From Octopus sinensis (Eukaryota): a stretch of 64,000 nucleotides of DNA. The stretch spans positions 28,768,001-28,832,000 of the forward strand of contig NC_043018.1 of NCBI RefSeq assembly GCF_006345805.1. Reading direction: 5' to 3'. The notes beneath the pieces are model-generated. The model was given only the letters and a program-made list of their open reading frames with translations. It searched no databases and was not told the origin of the DNA. Made by a program: the position numbers and the translations under genes. Shown piece after piece: positions 1 to 13,745 of this stretch (position 1 is its first letter; each line of letters starts with the position of its first letter).

Positions 1-192
1 ATGTATGCAAGTGTCTATGTATGTGCGTTTATGAACATTAATGATCATGGCAATCACTAGTGGGGTCTGACTCGGATTTGACATATTCAGTCTTATCAAT
101 CTACGGTCTCTTTGCTTGGAAATCTTATAAATCTGTCAATAATGGAAAGGCAATTAAAAACTCCCGGTTTCTGTCTGTGGCTAATAAAGAAA

Positions 193-203
193 CATATCTA
201 TCC

Positions 204-283
<80 letters not shown>

Positions 284-376
284 CTCTATTTATCTCTCTC
301 TCTCTATATATATATATATGTGTGTGTGTGTGTATGTGTGTGCGTGTGTGTGTGTGTGTTTGTGTGTGTGTATGTC

Positions 377-417
<41 letters not shown>

Positions 418-420
418 TGT
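193..420. repeat. Compound microsatellite (CTAT)n-(TA)n-(TG)n
   Basis: Directly visible; explains ORFs 60..446, 112..573 and 320..535. Confidence 0.95.
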
Positions 421-1173
421 CTTATCACCTCAGTTTGCCTTCATGAATTGCTACTGTTTTATTCTGAATACAGTTTTTCTGTTATTTTTTTTCTCATATT
501 TTATATACGTTCCCTATTTTTCCATCCCCTTTTAAGGTCTGTTCTGTTATTATTATTATTATTATTGTTTTGATGATTATTGTAATTTTTGAGACTTTTT
601 ATATTTCTTATTATATTTTTAGTTTATTTCAACCTTATCTATCGCTTTAACCACTTGTATGTTCAGTTTTAGTTGGTTCTCTCTCTCTCTCTTTCCTTCT
701 TGCTCCCTTTCTTTGTTCCCCCCTCTCTCTCACACACATATGTATGTATATATATATAGGTTTGACGTTATTGTTACTTATTTTATTTCAAAAAAATTTG
801 TTTGTAAAGATTTTATATGATTACAGCTCTATGGCACGCTATGATTTAAAACTCTGATTTCTTGCCGATGTACTGATGAAGTAGTAAGTCACTAGAACAT
901 GCGTACATAAAAGCATACAAATATGGAAAATGTTATCTGCTTTTCTCATTCTCTCTCTCTCTCTCTGTTTATATAAATTGCAGATTGTAGAAATAATTCT
1001 AGATTAAGTCAAATTACATAAGCAAAAAATTTTGGTTAAATCAAAAATTGTTAATTAATCTGATTAATCTTAAGAAAAAAGCAGAATGATGATGTCTTTC
1101 GGAAAGAAAATTTCGCATTAAGAGCTTTCACTGTTTACTGCTTTTCAAATACACCTGTTATGGTTTCATCTTC

Positions 1174-1174
<1 letters not shown>

Positions 1175-1216
<42 letters not shown>

Positions 1217-1336
1217 AACATGTATATACATACACATACATCTATCTATCTATGTATCTACACAGATATAAACACGTACAGATATATATGTATATAATAT
1301 ATATTATATATATATATAATATATATATACACATAC

Positions 1337-1378
<42 letters not shown>

Positions 1379-1460
1379 CATATATACACATATATATATA
1401 TATATATACATACACACACAGACACACACATATATATATACACATACATACACACGTACT
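1175..1460. repeat. (TA)n/(CA)n compound microsatellite
   Basis: Directly visible. Confidence 0.95.
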
Positions 1461-1590
1461 CACGCATACATATAGACTAACTCGTTATCTATACTTTTCT
1501 ATACATTGCGATGAGAACTGGAGTTTAACGGAGTTTGAATATCCAGTCTTAAGTCATATGTTAACTTCTGATGCACTATGGCTTATCACA

Positions 1591-1649
<59 letters not shown>

Positions 1650-1651
<2 letters not shown>

Positions 1652-2190
1652 TATATATTACGACTACCCATGCAAGATGTCAGCAATACTCATGTTAATT
1701 ACTATTGCCCTCGCGGTCGGCTTCCTAGGGGCCGCAGCCCCAGCTTTAATCCTTGCCGGGCACCCTCCTACTCAAACGGGCATCGGAAAGTTTGTCTCGC
1801 CATTATTGCACAACCTAATGTTTTCGTCCAATAAGGCTTTCATAACACCTCAGAAACCCTTTCCAATCTATTGACATTTCAAGTGCCAATTCGGGTCATA
1901 GTTTCAGGAATGCGGGAGCGCCATGATCTCAGAGCTAGGGAAACATCCCCAAAATATTCAATGACATTCCCTGCACATCTGGGCTTATAACAGATCGATC
2001 TTCTAGAGACATGCTTTAACAAAAGCTGAGAGGTACCTCACTCCCTATGGTCTTGCAGCACAATGGACACCAGTTCAGTGTTTCTGATGATCCGTCATAT
2101 TGCTAAGTATTTGTCGAACTTACACTAGGTTCATCCGTACCTTTGACAAGCTTTGATTTTAGTCCTGCTAGGCAAGCCCAGTGGGGTTGC
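1650..2190 (-). mobile_element. Possible decayed LINE 5' region (AP-endonuclease start motif)
   Basis: Minus strand 1899..1861 reads MTRIGT*NVNRLE, resembling the (R)IGTWNV N-terminal motif of RTE/CR1-type APE domains. Downstream translation does not continue convincingly. Confidence 0.25.
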
Positions 2191-2247
2191 ATACACACAT
2201 ACGTATGTTTGTATATATTTATGTATACATGTGTGATGTATGTACGT

Positions 2248-2296
<49 letters not shown>

Positions 2297-2642
2297 ATAT
2301 GTATGTATATGTATATATATATATATGAATAAATGTATGTGTGTGTGTGTATGTATGTATGTATGTATGTATGTATGTATGTATGTATGTACGCATGTAT
2401 GTAATTGATTTTATTCACTTAACAATTTTTCTGTTTTTCAAATCTACAAATTGTTGAATATTGTTCCCTTAAAAATTCTCATTTCCCCTTGAGAACTTTT
2501 TCCTTCCTTATTATTCCCTATTATTACAGTTTCCTTTGTGTCTTCAACAACTCACAAACTTATTTATTTAGCACCCTCAAGAAATATTCACCTTTCTCTA
2601 ACAACGTGACTTACACAAAATGTTGCAGACTTACTCTACTAC

Positions 2643-2947
2643 ACTGTTTGTTCCTTCTTGAGCCACGCCTGGCTCATAAGGGCCGGTTTCCCGGTTTCCT
2701 TGGCGTATAGGTTCCCCACCTGGACTGGACGCCGGTCCGTCGCAGGTGAGCTGCAAGATGCAGGAGGAAAGGGTGAGAGAAAGTTGTGGCGAAAGAGTCA
2801 GCAGAAGTTCGCCATTTCCTTCTGCCGGAGCCGCGGGGGGCTTAGGTGTTTCGCTCATAAACACACACATCATCCAGTCTGAGATTCGAACCCACGATCT
2901 CTCGACTGCGAGTCCGCTACTCTAAGCACTAGGCCATGTGCCTCCAC
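2643..2947 (-). mobile_element. SINE-A, tRNA-derived, full length with 10-bp TSD
   Basis: Head GTGGAGGCACATGGCCTAGTG with B box GGTTCGAATC. ACTCTACTAC is duplicated at 2633-2642 and 2948-2957. Three more copies in the window. Confidence 0.9.
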
Positions 2948-4065
2948 ACTCTACTACCTACCAAAACAATTAATTCCAATTTCCCACCAACTTTAAAAAA
3001 AAAAGTTCTATGTATTTATTACTGATTGTGCAGCATATAAATCCTTTTCCTGAAAACGAACTCAACCCGTTTATATTCAGTGACATGTTACAGTGTTCTG
3101 ATACTACACATCGCATTTCTTAAATATACGCTATTCTAAATGTAAATCAAAGCGAAATGTAAATAGGAAGACTCTGTAATTATTCCAATAATATATCACC
3201 ATAGACTGATATGTGTAATTCTGTGATGTAACTCTGTGATGATATAAATCTGTAATTATTGGTCGACATTAAAAGAACATATTTGGTGACGAACATGTTA
3301 TAATAATATTATGGATGTCTGCGCAGTGGTTAGCACCGACGTTTACCAAAATGTTACTACATTCGTTCTTTCGCTTTCAGAGAAAACTACTCATACCTTA
3401 TGATTTTATCAAAACTGAAAATTCTCAGAATATTTCTTCTTGGACATCTGAAGAATGGTAAGTGTGTTTCTTGTTCAACGTTATTGATGGTTATCCACAG
3501 CAGGAACAGGCTGAAATATATTAGAAAATAAATTTATTCTAAAAAAAGTCAAAACTATAAACCAAACAACGATGTATGCAAATGAGGTATGAAAATACGT
3601 TTTTGACGGTTGAAATCGAAGTATAAAAGCTATAAAAATGGTGAAAGTATGGGTTAAAACATTCTTTAGACAGAGCAAAGTCAAATGTTGCTCGTGTGAG
3701 TTCAATTTCGAGTTCAGCCGTTAAATGTAAATTATTTCACGTTCTCCCGCGGTTTCTAAATTCTTCTTCTTCTAACGGCAACAACAACAAGAACAACACA
3801 CACACACACACACACACATTTAAATAGAAGCAAAAATACAAAATTATATCGTCTTCTGCAATTTATTGCAGGATTTCAGTAAAAAAATACCCCAATCAAA
3901 CTGCTTTTTGAACTCTTTTATACCAACACATCTAATGAGCTAAATATTTATATGTTTATGTTTTCAATATATTGTGACGGTTTCCTGAGGAGGGTTGTTG
4001 GTAAACCAGTTAAAATCTCATGTTATCGTTAAAATTCTATGTTACATAGTTTCGGTTTTATTTTC

Positions 4066-4457
4066 AACTAGCAGTATCGCCCGGCGTTGCTCGGATTTGT
4101 TTCGACCCTTTAGAATTGGAATTTTTGAAAAGTGAAATTTTGCATTATGTAGCTTGTTATTCTCTTTAAGTGAACATTTTTCTGGTTGAAATACACCGAA
4201 AAATGGCGACACAGCAGTCAAAAAATCGTAAAAAATAGGGATTTTCATAGAAAAAAAGTACCTTTTTGATGTAAATAATTTTTGGTGTTAACATGGTCCG
4301 ATTTGAATTTTTTCTTCTACGGAAGGAAGAGTAAGCCTTCTATCATGGTCTCAATTTTGGTCAACTAGCGCCGCAGGGCCTCGGAGGAGATAGTGTTAGT
4401 TGAAGGCTACCAAACCTGCCATACACAGACAACTTCAGCTTTATATACAGAGAGATT
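4066..4457 (+). mobile_element. Non-autonomous Helitron/Helentron-like element
   Basis: 5' AACTAGCAGTATCGCCCGGCGTTGCTCGG and 3' ...CAGACAACTTCAGCTTTATATACAGAGAGATT resemble Lep1/HINE-type termini (recalled pattern). No TIR or TSD. Confidence 0.5.
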
Positions 4458-5102
4458 TGAAAATTCTAATAGGTGGGCATGGGCATGCACTTCCTTGCAA
4501 TAAAACCAACTATAGACAAGGTTGTATGTTTGATTTCAATGTTGTTCTTGTCCGTATTTCCATTTCTAATATCTTGTCCTTTTATGTTAAATACTGTTTT
4601 TATAAACTTATACTTTAAGTACAGATATTTTAAGTATACTTAAATCTTAGTAATGTTTATAATTATTAGACATTTTTTTCAAAATATTTTTATTCTGACC
4701 TTTGTAAACATGGTTTAGATCAAAACTTGAAACGAGGTTTTGAAATGTTCTAATGTTTATATTTACATGAAATGTTTCCTGGCAAAAGGAAAACAAACAA
4801 GTTTTTGCTGTTATGGTTCTAAATGTTTGGTGATAATTAAGGGAAACGTGGAAACATTTTTTATATACAGTCTGTGTTAGTGGTCGTTGGTTAAGTGATG
4901 AAGATTTTGAGTCGAGCGATGATGTTGATGAAGATGATGATGATGGTGATGATGATGAGGATGATGATGATGATGATAATGATCGTGATGATGACGATGA
5001 CGACTTAGGTACAAGGCTAACAATTTTGATGTGGGTTCAGTGAATACCACCGATCCCAATCCTAGGCTATTTATGTTATCGACACCGAAGGGGTGAAAGG
5101 CA

Positions 5103-5361
<259 letters not shown>

Positions 5362-5429
5362 TGTGAGTTTGGAATTACGTAACCACTAAGTGTATTCATT
5401 ATGCAACAGTCAAAGCAAACTCCTGGCTA

Positions 5430-6365
5430 TCTATACTATCTACAAATTGAAGTATCGGTCTTAAGACTTGTACTTAAACTGAAGAAAGTTCCTTAGTATG
5501 TCTAATATAGCTTCCACAAGTAAAGCAAGAAGCAGTTTACGCAAGAGAAATATAACATGGTTTAATCCCTTCTTTGAATTTCATGTCGCGACAAACACAC
5601 CAAGTGTGTATTTTAGAGCACTGGATACGTATCTTTTCCCTAATCATAGGTACACAGCATCTTTATTAAGCACACCGTCAAATTAGCATACACCACCATA
5701 CCAAACGTTTTGAAGAATCTAGCTGCGATAAATAAGATCTTATAAAATAATATCAGCTAGGACCAACTAAACCTAAATAAAGTATAATGGTCTCGTTTAC
5801 TATTGACAGACTAATAACATCTCGCGAGAACCTACGAAGAAAGATACCGTGCAGCTGAGTGGAACTAATGTGTGAAGTAATTGGTAAGAATAGCCTGTAC
5901 AACGAATCTCCCTCTAGTCTATGTATTTGTAGAATCCCTACGAAATGTCTATTAAATAACAAATGCTTTAAGAAGAACTTAATCGATAAATGCTCCGTTA
6001 ACACTAATAACGAAACCTTTTATCATATAGGAGCTACATTATATCCATTTGAATTGAGATACTATAACCGTGTCCATTCATTCAAGAAGCAAGCAAAAAC
6101 TAGCACACTTGCTGAATTGCCATCGAACTTAACAATAAGAAAAATCACATGAAATTTCCTGTTCTGTGTTATTAACCGATTTCCCTACATTGGCGATGAA
6201 AGTGAATGCAATCTATGCTCACTAGAAGCACTTATGATCATAAGCCATAAAGTTAGTTGTGTAAACGAACGTAACGAGCTTCTAATTAGTTGCCCTCATA
6301 AATATGACTTTTGGTAAGATCTTATTAACTTAGTTATTTTTTGACTTCCTCTCCTTTTTGTTCTT
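5430..6365 (+). pseudogene. Penelope-like element ORF relic (linker plus GIY-YIG endonuclease), with frameshifts and stops
   Basis: Translations RKRNITWFNPFF, KHTVKLAYTTIPNVLKNLAAINKIL, KCLLNNKC...YHIGAT...FELRYYNRVHSF and PY...CNLCSLE...NERNELLISCPHK match the PLE C-terminal pattern (WFNPP..., YIG.T..FK.RY.NH..SF, C.LC..E, N.R.E...C.H). Confidence 0.85.
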
Positions 6366-6869
6366 TTTTCTTTTTATCTTCAGTTCTCTCAGCAGATTTG
6401 TATTGTAGTATTCGCCGTCTGGGTCAGCGTACCCATCTATGTCACATCTTCCTAATCCATTATGATTAACATTCAGCCAATAGTAACTCCTAGTTGTTTA
6501 AGGGTATATATCATCAACCCCCTTGTATATCTTTATATCGCAAAATACAAAATTTAAAATTTGCTATCCGTTATAGGACTCGCGACCTATTAACACTAAC
6601 TCGCTAATTAAGTAATTAATTTAAATAAGTATTGATAATGGTCCATAATTCCAAACACGCTCGAAAGAATGAAGTATAAACTCCTATGTTCCCATTTCGT
6701 TCTCCCACGTGATATCGATCCATGTTTTATCCTTATTTCTCATATTCTCAGAACACTATGGCTAAATGTTTCATATTATTATATTTCGATACCTTTACAT
6801 CTTTATATTCTTAGATCCTAATATTTTAGAACCATTTCCTATACTCTGCAACATGTTTCCTATATCACT

Positions 6870-6913
<44 letters not shown>

Positions 6914-7620
6914 TCATTTTTCCTTCTTTCTTCAAATTTTCTTCCGTTTCTCGCCGAGTGTTTTCCATACATCTAGGACAGAGAAGGGCATTGTATGCAT
7001 TCCCAGATTACACGCACAAATTCACAGATAAAATATGTATTTAAAAATTAATAAATAAATAAATTCATGGATGGATGTTATTTTCACAGCGATAATACTC
7101 TTCTCAGTACATGAGCCGTTCCAGTTAATACGATTTTTTGCACTTCCTGTAGGGATGGTAAGCCTGGAATCATTTTCAAATAGGTTTCAGTACCTTTTTT
7201 TTAATTATTATTATTATTATTATTAATATTATTATTATTATATTATTATTATTATTATTACTATTATTATTATTATTATTTATTATTATTATTATATTAT
7301 TATTATTATTTCATTTTTCCTTCTTTCTTCAAATTTTCTTCCGTTTCTCGCCGAGTGTTTTCCATACATCTAGGACAGAGAAGGGCATTGTATGCATTCC
7401 CAGATTACACGCACAAATTCACAGATAAAATATGTATTTAAAAATTAATAAATAAATAAATTCATGGATGGATGTTATTTTCACAGCGATAATACTCTTC
7501 TCAGTACATGAGCCGTTCCAGTTAATACGATTTTTTGCACTTCCTGTAGGGATGGTAAGCCTGGAATCATTTTCAAATAGGTTTCAGTACCTTTTTTTTA
7601 ATTATTATTATTATTATTAA

Positions 7621-7695
<75 letters not shown>

Positions 7696-7740
7696 TATTA
7701 TTATTATTACTATTATTATTATATACTATTTTATTTTATT
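6870..7740. repeat. 397-bp tandem duplication bounded by (ATT)n tracts
   Basis: 6914-7202 appears identical to 7311-7599 (offset 397). Confidence 0.9.
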
Positions 7741-8133
7741 TTGAGTTCTTTATACTTTCCATAATAGTCACACCCATAACTATCTCTAAACACATTATAA
7801 TCCTAGCATTACCGGATTACTGACGATAACTGTTTGCGAGAACCTTCACGCATTTTCTTGACGTATGCATTATAAGGAAGCTTTCCCAAACTGTTGATTT
7901 TAGATTTTAAAGCTACGTTTTACACAAAAATCTTTCATATTTTAACTTTGTGTAAAGTCACTTTTTAACAGCTACTATCTACAAGGTACAAATATTACGA
8001 GTATTGATTTTTTATCTTTCGTTCAGTTCCCAAAATTAGCCCTGAAGAGGTAACAAAAAATGCAGCAATCCTCTTAGATTATACTACAGAAACGTATGTA
8101 GGGAATGAACAAATATGAATATTATTAGCGCTT

Positions 8134-9225
8134 AAGGCTGCGATGTGACTTGCCAGACTGGTTAGCACGCCGGGAAAAATGCTTAGCGGCATTTCGTCTG
8201 TCCTTACGTTCTGAGTTCAAATGTCACCGGGGTTGACATTACCTTTCATCCTTTCGGGCTCGATGAATGGATCTTTTCCTTTTGAACGGCAGACAATTTC
8301 TAGTTAACTAAACACTGTAAAACTTCGTATACTGGTAGAATGTGTCAAAATCAAACATTTTTTTCTCTTGGCTTTCTTGAGAAAATTGTAATTTGTTTGT
8401 TTAACGTAGTTTAATTTTTCGAATCTTAATCAATCCTATGCTTTCTCTTGAGCTAAAATCATTTGCCGCGTCTAAAACTGAGACAACATCCTGTCACTAA
8501 CACTAAACCCCCCCTAACCCTAACCCTGACCCTAAATTTTTTTTCTTAATTGTTAAATTAATTTAATTGTTACGCGTGTAAAAAAAACTAAAGCAATGTA
8601 AAATAATTTAAACAATTAACAAACAAAATAATTCTATAATTTTATACACACACTTTCCGTATACGTACGGAAAGCGTGTGTATAAAATAATTCTATAATT
8701 TTATAAAATTATAGAATTATTTTATACACACGCTTTCCGTACGTATACGGAAAGTGTGTGTATAAAATTATAGAATTATTTTGTTTGTTAATTGTTTAAA
8801 TTATTTTACATTGCTTTAGTTTTTTTTTACACGCGTAACAATTAAATTAATTTAACAATTAAGAAAAAAAATTTAGGGTCAGGGTTAGGGTTAGGGGGGG
8901 TTTAGTGTTAGTGACAGGATGTTGTCTCAGTTTTAGACGCAGCAAATGATTTTCGTTGAATGGAGGTAATCGATTGGTTAAAATTGCCGAAATGCTCGGA
9001 TTTTCAGACGAAATATCTTACAAACTATAGAATTTTCTCGATAAAACCAAGAGAAAATGATGTTTTATAAACACATTCTACCAGTATACGAAGTTTAAAA
9101 CTTCTTAGTTACCTAGAAATTATGTTACAAACTGCCGTTCAAAAGGAAAAGATCCCGGGGTCGATGTAATAGACTAGGCCCCTCCTCCCAAATTTCAGGC
9201 CCTGTGCCTGTAATAGAAAAGAATA
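8134..9225 (+). mobile_element. SINE-B copy interrupted by the fold-back MITE
   Basis: Head and core at 8134-8268; the GGGGTCGATGTAAT part and tail resume at 9156. Confidence 0.75.
8269..9155. mobile_element. Fold-back MITE (Merlin-like family) with a ~498-bp central palindrome
   Basis: TIR GGATCTTTTCCTTTTGAACGGCAG at both ends. Both arms are homologous to the left end of the 25257-25697 element. 8455-8952 is a near-perfect palindrome. Confidence 0.85.
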
Positions 9226-9238
9226 TTACTTGCGCTTG

Positions 9239-9662
9239 AAAGGTGAGCTGGCAAATTCATTAACATGTCGAACAATATGCTTAGCGGCATTTCCTTCGGT
9301 TTTTTGTTCTGAGTTGAAATTCTTGTGTGGTCGACTTTGCCTTTTACCCTTTCGGGTCGTTGAAATATATACCAGTTGCGTACTTGGGTCGAACTAATTG
9401 ACCTATTTCTCCCCCGAAATCGCTATCCTTAAGCTAAAACTCAAGGCGGCGAATTGGCAGGATTGTTACCGAACTGGGAGAAAAAAATTTCTTAACAGCA
9501 TTTTGATCATCTTTACGTTCTGAGTTCAAATTCCGCCGAGGTCGACTTTGCCTTTTATTCTTTCAGGATCGATAAAATAAGTAGCAGTTAAGCACTGGGA
9601 TTGATGTAATCGATTTCCCCACTCAATCGAAATTGCTGGCCCTGTGCCAAAATTTGAAACAA
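9239..9662 (+). mobile_element. Two diverged SINE-B copies
   Basis: GGCG(G)CGAGCTGGCAG heads, GTTCTGAGTTCAAATTCC and GGTCGACTTTGCC cores. Confidence 0.8.
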
Positions 9663-9849
9663 ATATTATTTGCGTTTTATTTTTCTTGCTTTGTTTTCTA
9701 TTGTATATTTTCTGTCTAAATAATAGAGACTTACACTAGAGCTGATGTCGGTATGACTATACAATACACAATGCATTATAACGATGGAGATATTAAAGTC
9801 TGATGTTAAATATTGAGGTCTAGATAATTAGTTATAGGTTGTGTTATGA

Positions 9850-10082
9850 TAGGTGTATGTGTGTGTTTATGTGAGCGTGTGTGTGAATTAATAGATAACT
9901 ATGTATGTGAATCTGTGTGAGTATAAATATATATAGGTATATATTTCCACATACACACACTATATATACACGTGTATATATATTTATATATATATATATA
10001 TATATATTTAAATGCATATATGTATATATATATATGTAAATATATATATATAAACACACACGTGTGCATATACATATTTATA

Positions 10083-10124
<42 letters not shown>

Positions 10125-10400
10125 ATATATATACATACATATATGTTTTCATATATGCATGTGTACATGTATTTAGAGAGATGTGTGTTTATGTATGCTT
10201 ATACGCATATATGTATACACATATGAATACATATGTATATATATATGTATATATATATATATGTAAATATATATATATATATGTATATGTATATGTATCT
10301 ATATATATATATATAAATGTATGTGTGTGTGTGTGTCTGTCTGTTCACACACGCGGATACGCACACAGATAGATAGATATATAGACAAATAGATAGACAG
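9850..10400. repeat. Degenerate (TA)n/(TG)n tract
   Basis: Directly visible. Confidence 0.9.
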
Positions 10401-11062
10401 ATTTGTATATTTTCAATTTATCCAAGTTTGTATACAGTTAGATTAAATTTTATTAAAAAATATCTACAAATTCAATTTAACTAACAAATAACTGATACAC
10501 GTGTTCAAAACAAGTTCGTGATGTTATCATATAAAACTTGTATATTTGTTTCATCTGTTATAATTATATTTTCGCTCCTATTTTTCGCAAATAAAAATTT
10601 ATAATAATAACGAGTTATTGAAGAAAAGTATATTTTTACAGACTGTGCTGAAAACTCGGTTCACGAAACTAATAATTTTATGGGTATCATTATGCTGTAA
10701 TACGTCTAATAATATTTTGTGTCTAGTACATATGGTGTGGCGGCCTCGGGTTAGAGATGGTTCTTTTGGTGACTTGGCCACTGCTCCTCACCTGGTAAGA
10801 AGGACGGGCATCAGTTAGTTCCTGAGTCTCTCGTATGTTGGCCTTAACATCTATTGAATCTCACTTGTGCTGGCTCCAAGTTCTTTCGTCACCCCTGGTG
10901 CACCATCTTAGCTGCCAGGCTATCCCACATGAAGTGATTGTGTTTACATTGCATAAATAGGTAGATGGAGTAGCAGAAATAATGACCAACGATTAAGGCG
11001 GAAGAATCAGAAGACCGATGACTAGATATCCATGACCGGCGACTGTTCCATGCTATACTTCG

Positions 11063-11522
11063 AATCTCCCTCTAGTCTATGTATTTGTAGAATCCCTACG
11101 AAATGTCTATTAAATAACAAATGCTTTAAGAAGAACTTAATCGATAAATGCTCCGTTAACACTAATAACGAAACCTTTTATCATATAGGAGCTACATTAT
11201 ATCCATTTGAATTGAGATACTATAACCGTGTCCATTCATTCAAGAAGCAAGCAAAATCTAGCTCACTTGCTGAATTGCCATCGAACTTAATAATGAGAAA
11301 AATCACACGAAATTTCTTGCTCTGTTTTATTAACCGATTTCCCTACATTGGCGATGGAAGTGAATGCAGTCTATGCTCACTAGAAGCACTTATGATCATA
11401 AGCCATAAAGTTAGTTTTATAAACGAACGTAACGAGCTTCTAATTAGTTGCCCACATAAATTGGTAAGATCTTATTAACTTAGTTATTTTTTTAACTTTC
11501 TCTCTCTTTTGTCCTTTTTTTT
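11063..11522 (+). pseudogene. Second copy of the PLE GIY-YIG 3' segment, flanked by ~98-bp direct repeats
   Basis: About 95% identical (by eye) to 5905-6365. Flanking repeats are 10965-11062 and 11523-11623. Confidence 0.85.
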
Positions 11523-12544
11523 ATGGAGTAGCAGAAGTAATGACCAACGATTAGGGCGGAAGAATCAGAAGAAGATCGATGACTAGATATCCATGACCGG
11601 CGACTGTTCCATGCTATACTTCGTAGGCCTCGGCTGTCAGCCAACAAATGCAGTTCCTCCTATAATCTATTTCCTGTGTACAAACGATTGGGCTTCAGGT
11701 TAGCACTCTGTCCTCGGAAAAGCTCCAGTTTTGAAAACAGTTCAAAATGCAAAATCATCGTAGCATACGAGACAAAAACGATGTAGGGAAGATGGCTGCT
11801 GGCCGACAACGCTGGAGTACTTTGACTGTCAAACACATCACCCAACGTTGGAGGACCCCAGTCTGTGTAAGTGAGCATGTGCATGCTTTGATCTTTGTTT
11901 CAGTACTGTATAGCAGACCTGAATATAGGTCACAAGTAAGGTCAAATAAGGGAAATCTAATTGCTAGAAGTAGCAAACTGATCTGCCTCGAATCGTATCA
12001 TAACCTTAAAAAAGAAGAAAAATTATACATTGGCCAATATATTATTACAAAAAGAAAAAAGACAAACCTTGATGTCTTTCATCATAGGTGAGCTGAATCA
12101 GGGTTGACCTATGGTTAAATCACGACGAAATGATAATAATAATAATAGTAATAATAATAATAATAATGCACTGCTCTCTCACTACTACTACTACTACTAA
12201 TAATAATAATAATAATATCAAAGAGAGAAGCCAAAGGCTAGCAGAAGTCGACTTTGCCGTTCATTCTTTCGGAGATCGATAAAATAAATACCAATTGGAA
12301 AGTGGGGCCGATCTAATCTACTTACCACCTGCACAAAATTTGCTAGCCCTTGGGTCAAAATCTGAAATCAATATCAAAGAGGAGCCATATTAATAATGCT
12401 GTCTACTTTCTTTACTGAAATACACAGGAGAGTAGAGAGGCCTATACGTTTCTATTTTGATGTATTATTTTATTTCAGAGACGTAATTGTAATATATCCA
12501 TGTGATCTGTACCGTTTTATTTTAGAACTATTAATGTATCTATA

Positions 12545-13745
12545 CGGACTATGCCATTGTGTGTATTGACATACAAGTGACGAAGTGTACTATACTATTT
12601 TATTTCAGAGACAGTTATCTATGGGAGCACATTCTTTTGTATCGACATACATATATGTCGGTTGATTGCATTACTGTATTGGAAAGGCAAACACGTATAT
12701 TTATGTGGCTTGGAATATTCTATTGTATAGACAAATACGTGGCGATGTGGACTCTACCATTCTGTTGTATAGGCAGAGCGTAGCTGTGTGGACTCTACCA
12801 TTCTATTGTGTAGGCAAACAAGTATATTTATGTTGCTTGGACCATTCTATTCTATAGACGAATAAGTGGCTATGTGGACTCTACCATCCTGTTGCATAGA
12901 CAAATACGTAGCTATGTGGACTCTATCATTCTGTTGTATAGGTAGAACGTAGCTGTGTGGACTCTACCATTATGTTGTATAGACAAACACGCATATTCAT
13001 GTGGCTTGGAATATTCTGTTGTATAGACAAATACGTAGCTATGTGGACTCTACCATTCTGTTGTATAGGTAGAACGTAGCTGTGTGGACTCTACCATTCT
13101 GTTGTGTAGGCAAACAAGTATATTTATGTGGCTTGGTCCATTCTATTGTATAGACAAATACGTGGCTATGTGGACTCTACCATTCTGTTGTGTAGGCAAA
13201 CACGCATATTCATGTGGCTTGGAATATTCTGTTGTATAAACAGATACGTAGCTATGTGGACTCTACCATTCTGTTGTATAGGTAGAACGTAGCTGTGTGG
13301 ACTCTACCATTCTGTTGTGTAGGCAAACAAGTATATTTATGTGGCTTGGAATATTCTGTTGTATAGACAGATACGTAGCTGTGTGGACTCTACCGTTCTG
13401 TTGTGTAGGCAAACAAGTATATTTATGTGGCTTGAACCGTTCTGTTGTATAGACAAATACGTAGCTATGTGGACTCTACCATCCTGTTGAGTAGGCAAAC
13501 ACGCATATTCATGTGGCTTGGAATATTCTGTTGTATAGACAGATACGTAGCTAGGTGGATTCTACTATTCTGTTGTATGGGGAGATACGTAGCTATGTGG
13601 ACTCTACCATTCTGTTGTATAGATAAATATGTGGCTATGTGGACTACAATTCTATTGTATAGGCAGAACGTAGCTATGTGGACTCTACCATTTTATTGTG
13701 AAGGCATACATGTACGTATCTACGTGGAATGTACCACTGTATTTT
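12545..13745. repeat. Minisatellite of 41-44-bp monomers with higher-order organisation
   Basis: Three related monomer types, all ending ...ATTCTGT, recur mostly as A-B-C. Confidence 0.9.

Noticed and set aside
868-908. ATGTA-CTGATGA-AGT..ACT-AGAAC..TACAT hammerhead-like motif
   Set aside because: GAAA and the cleavage triplet are missing; too degenerate to call.
2870-2947. tRNA-like sequence
   Set aside because: It is a SINE head with no complete cloverleaf; the same applies to all other A/B-box hits. No true tRNA gene was found.
11747-11872. Frame with WSTLTVKHITQRW (TGF-beta prodomain-like spacing) ending at a GTAAGT donor
   Set aside because: Only a W..L.V.....RW pattern, a stop just upstream and no good acceptor.
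12545-13745. CRISPR-like periodicity
   Set aside because: There are no unique spacers; all units are mutually homologous, and the context is eukaryotic.
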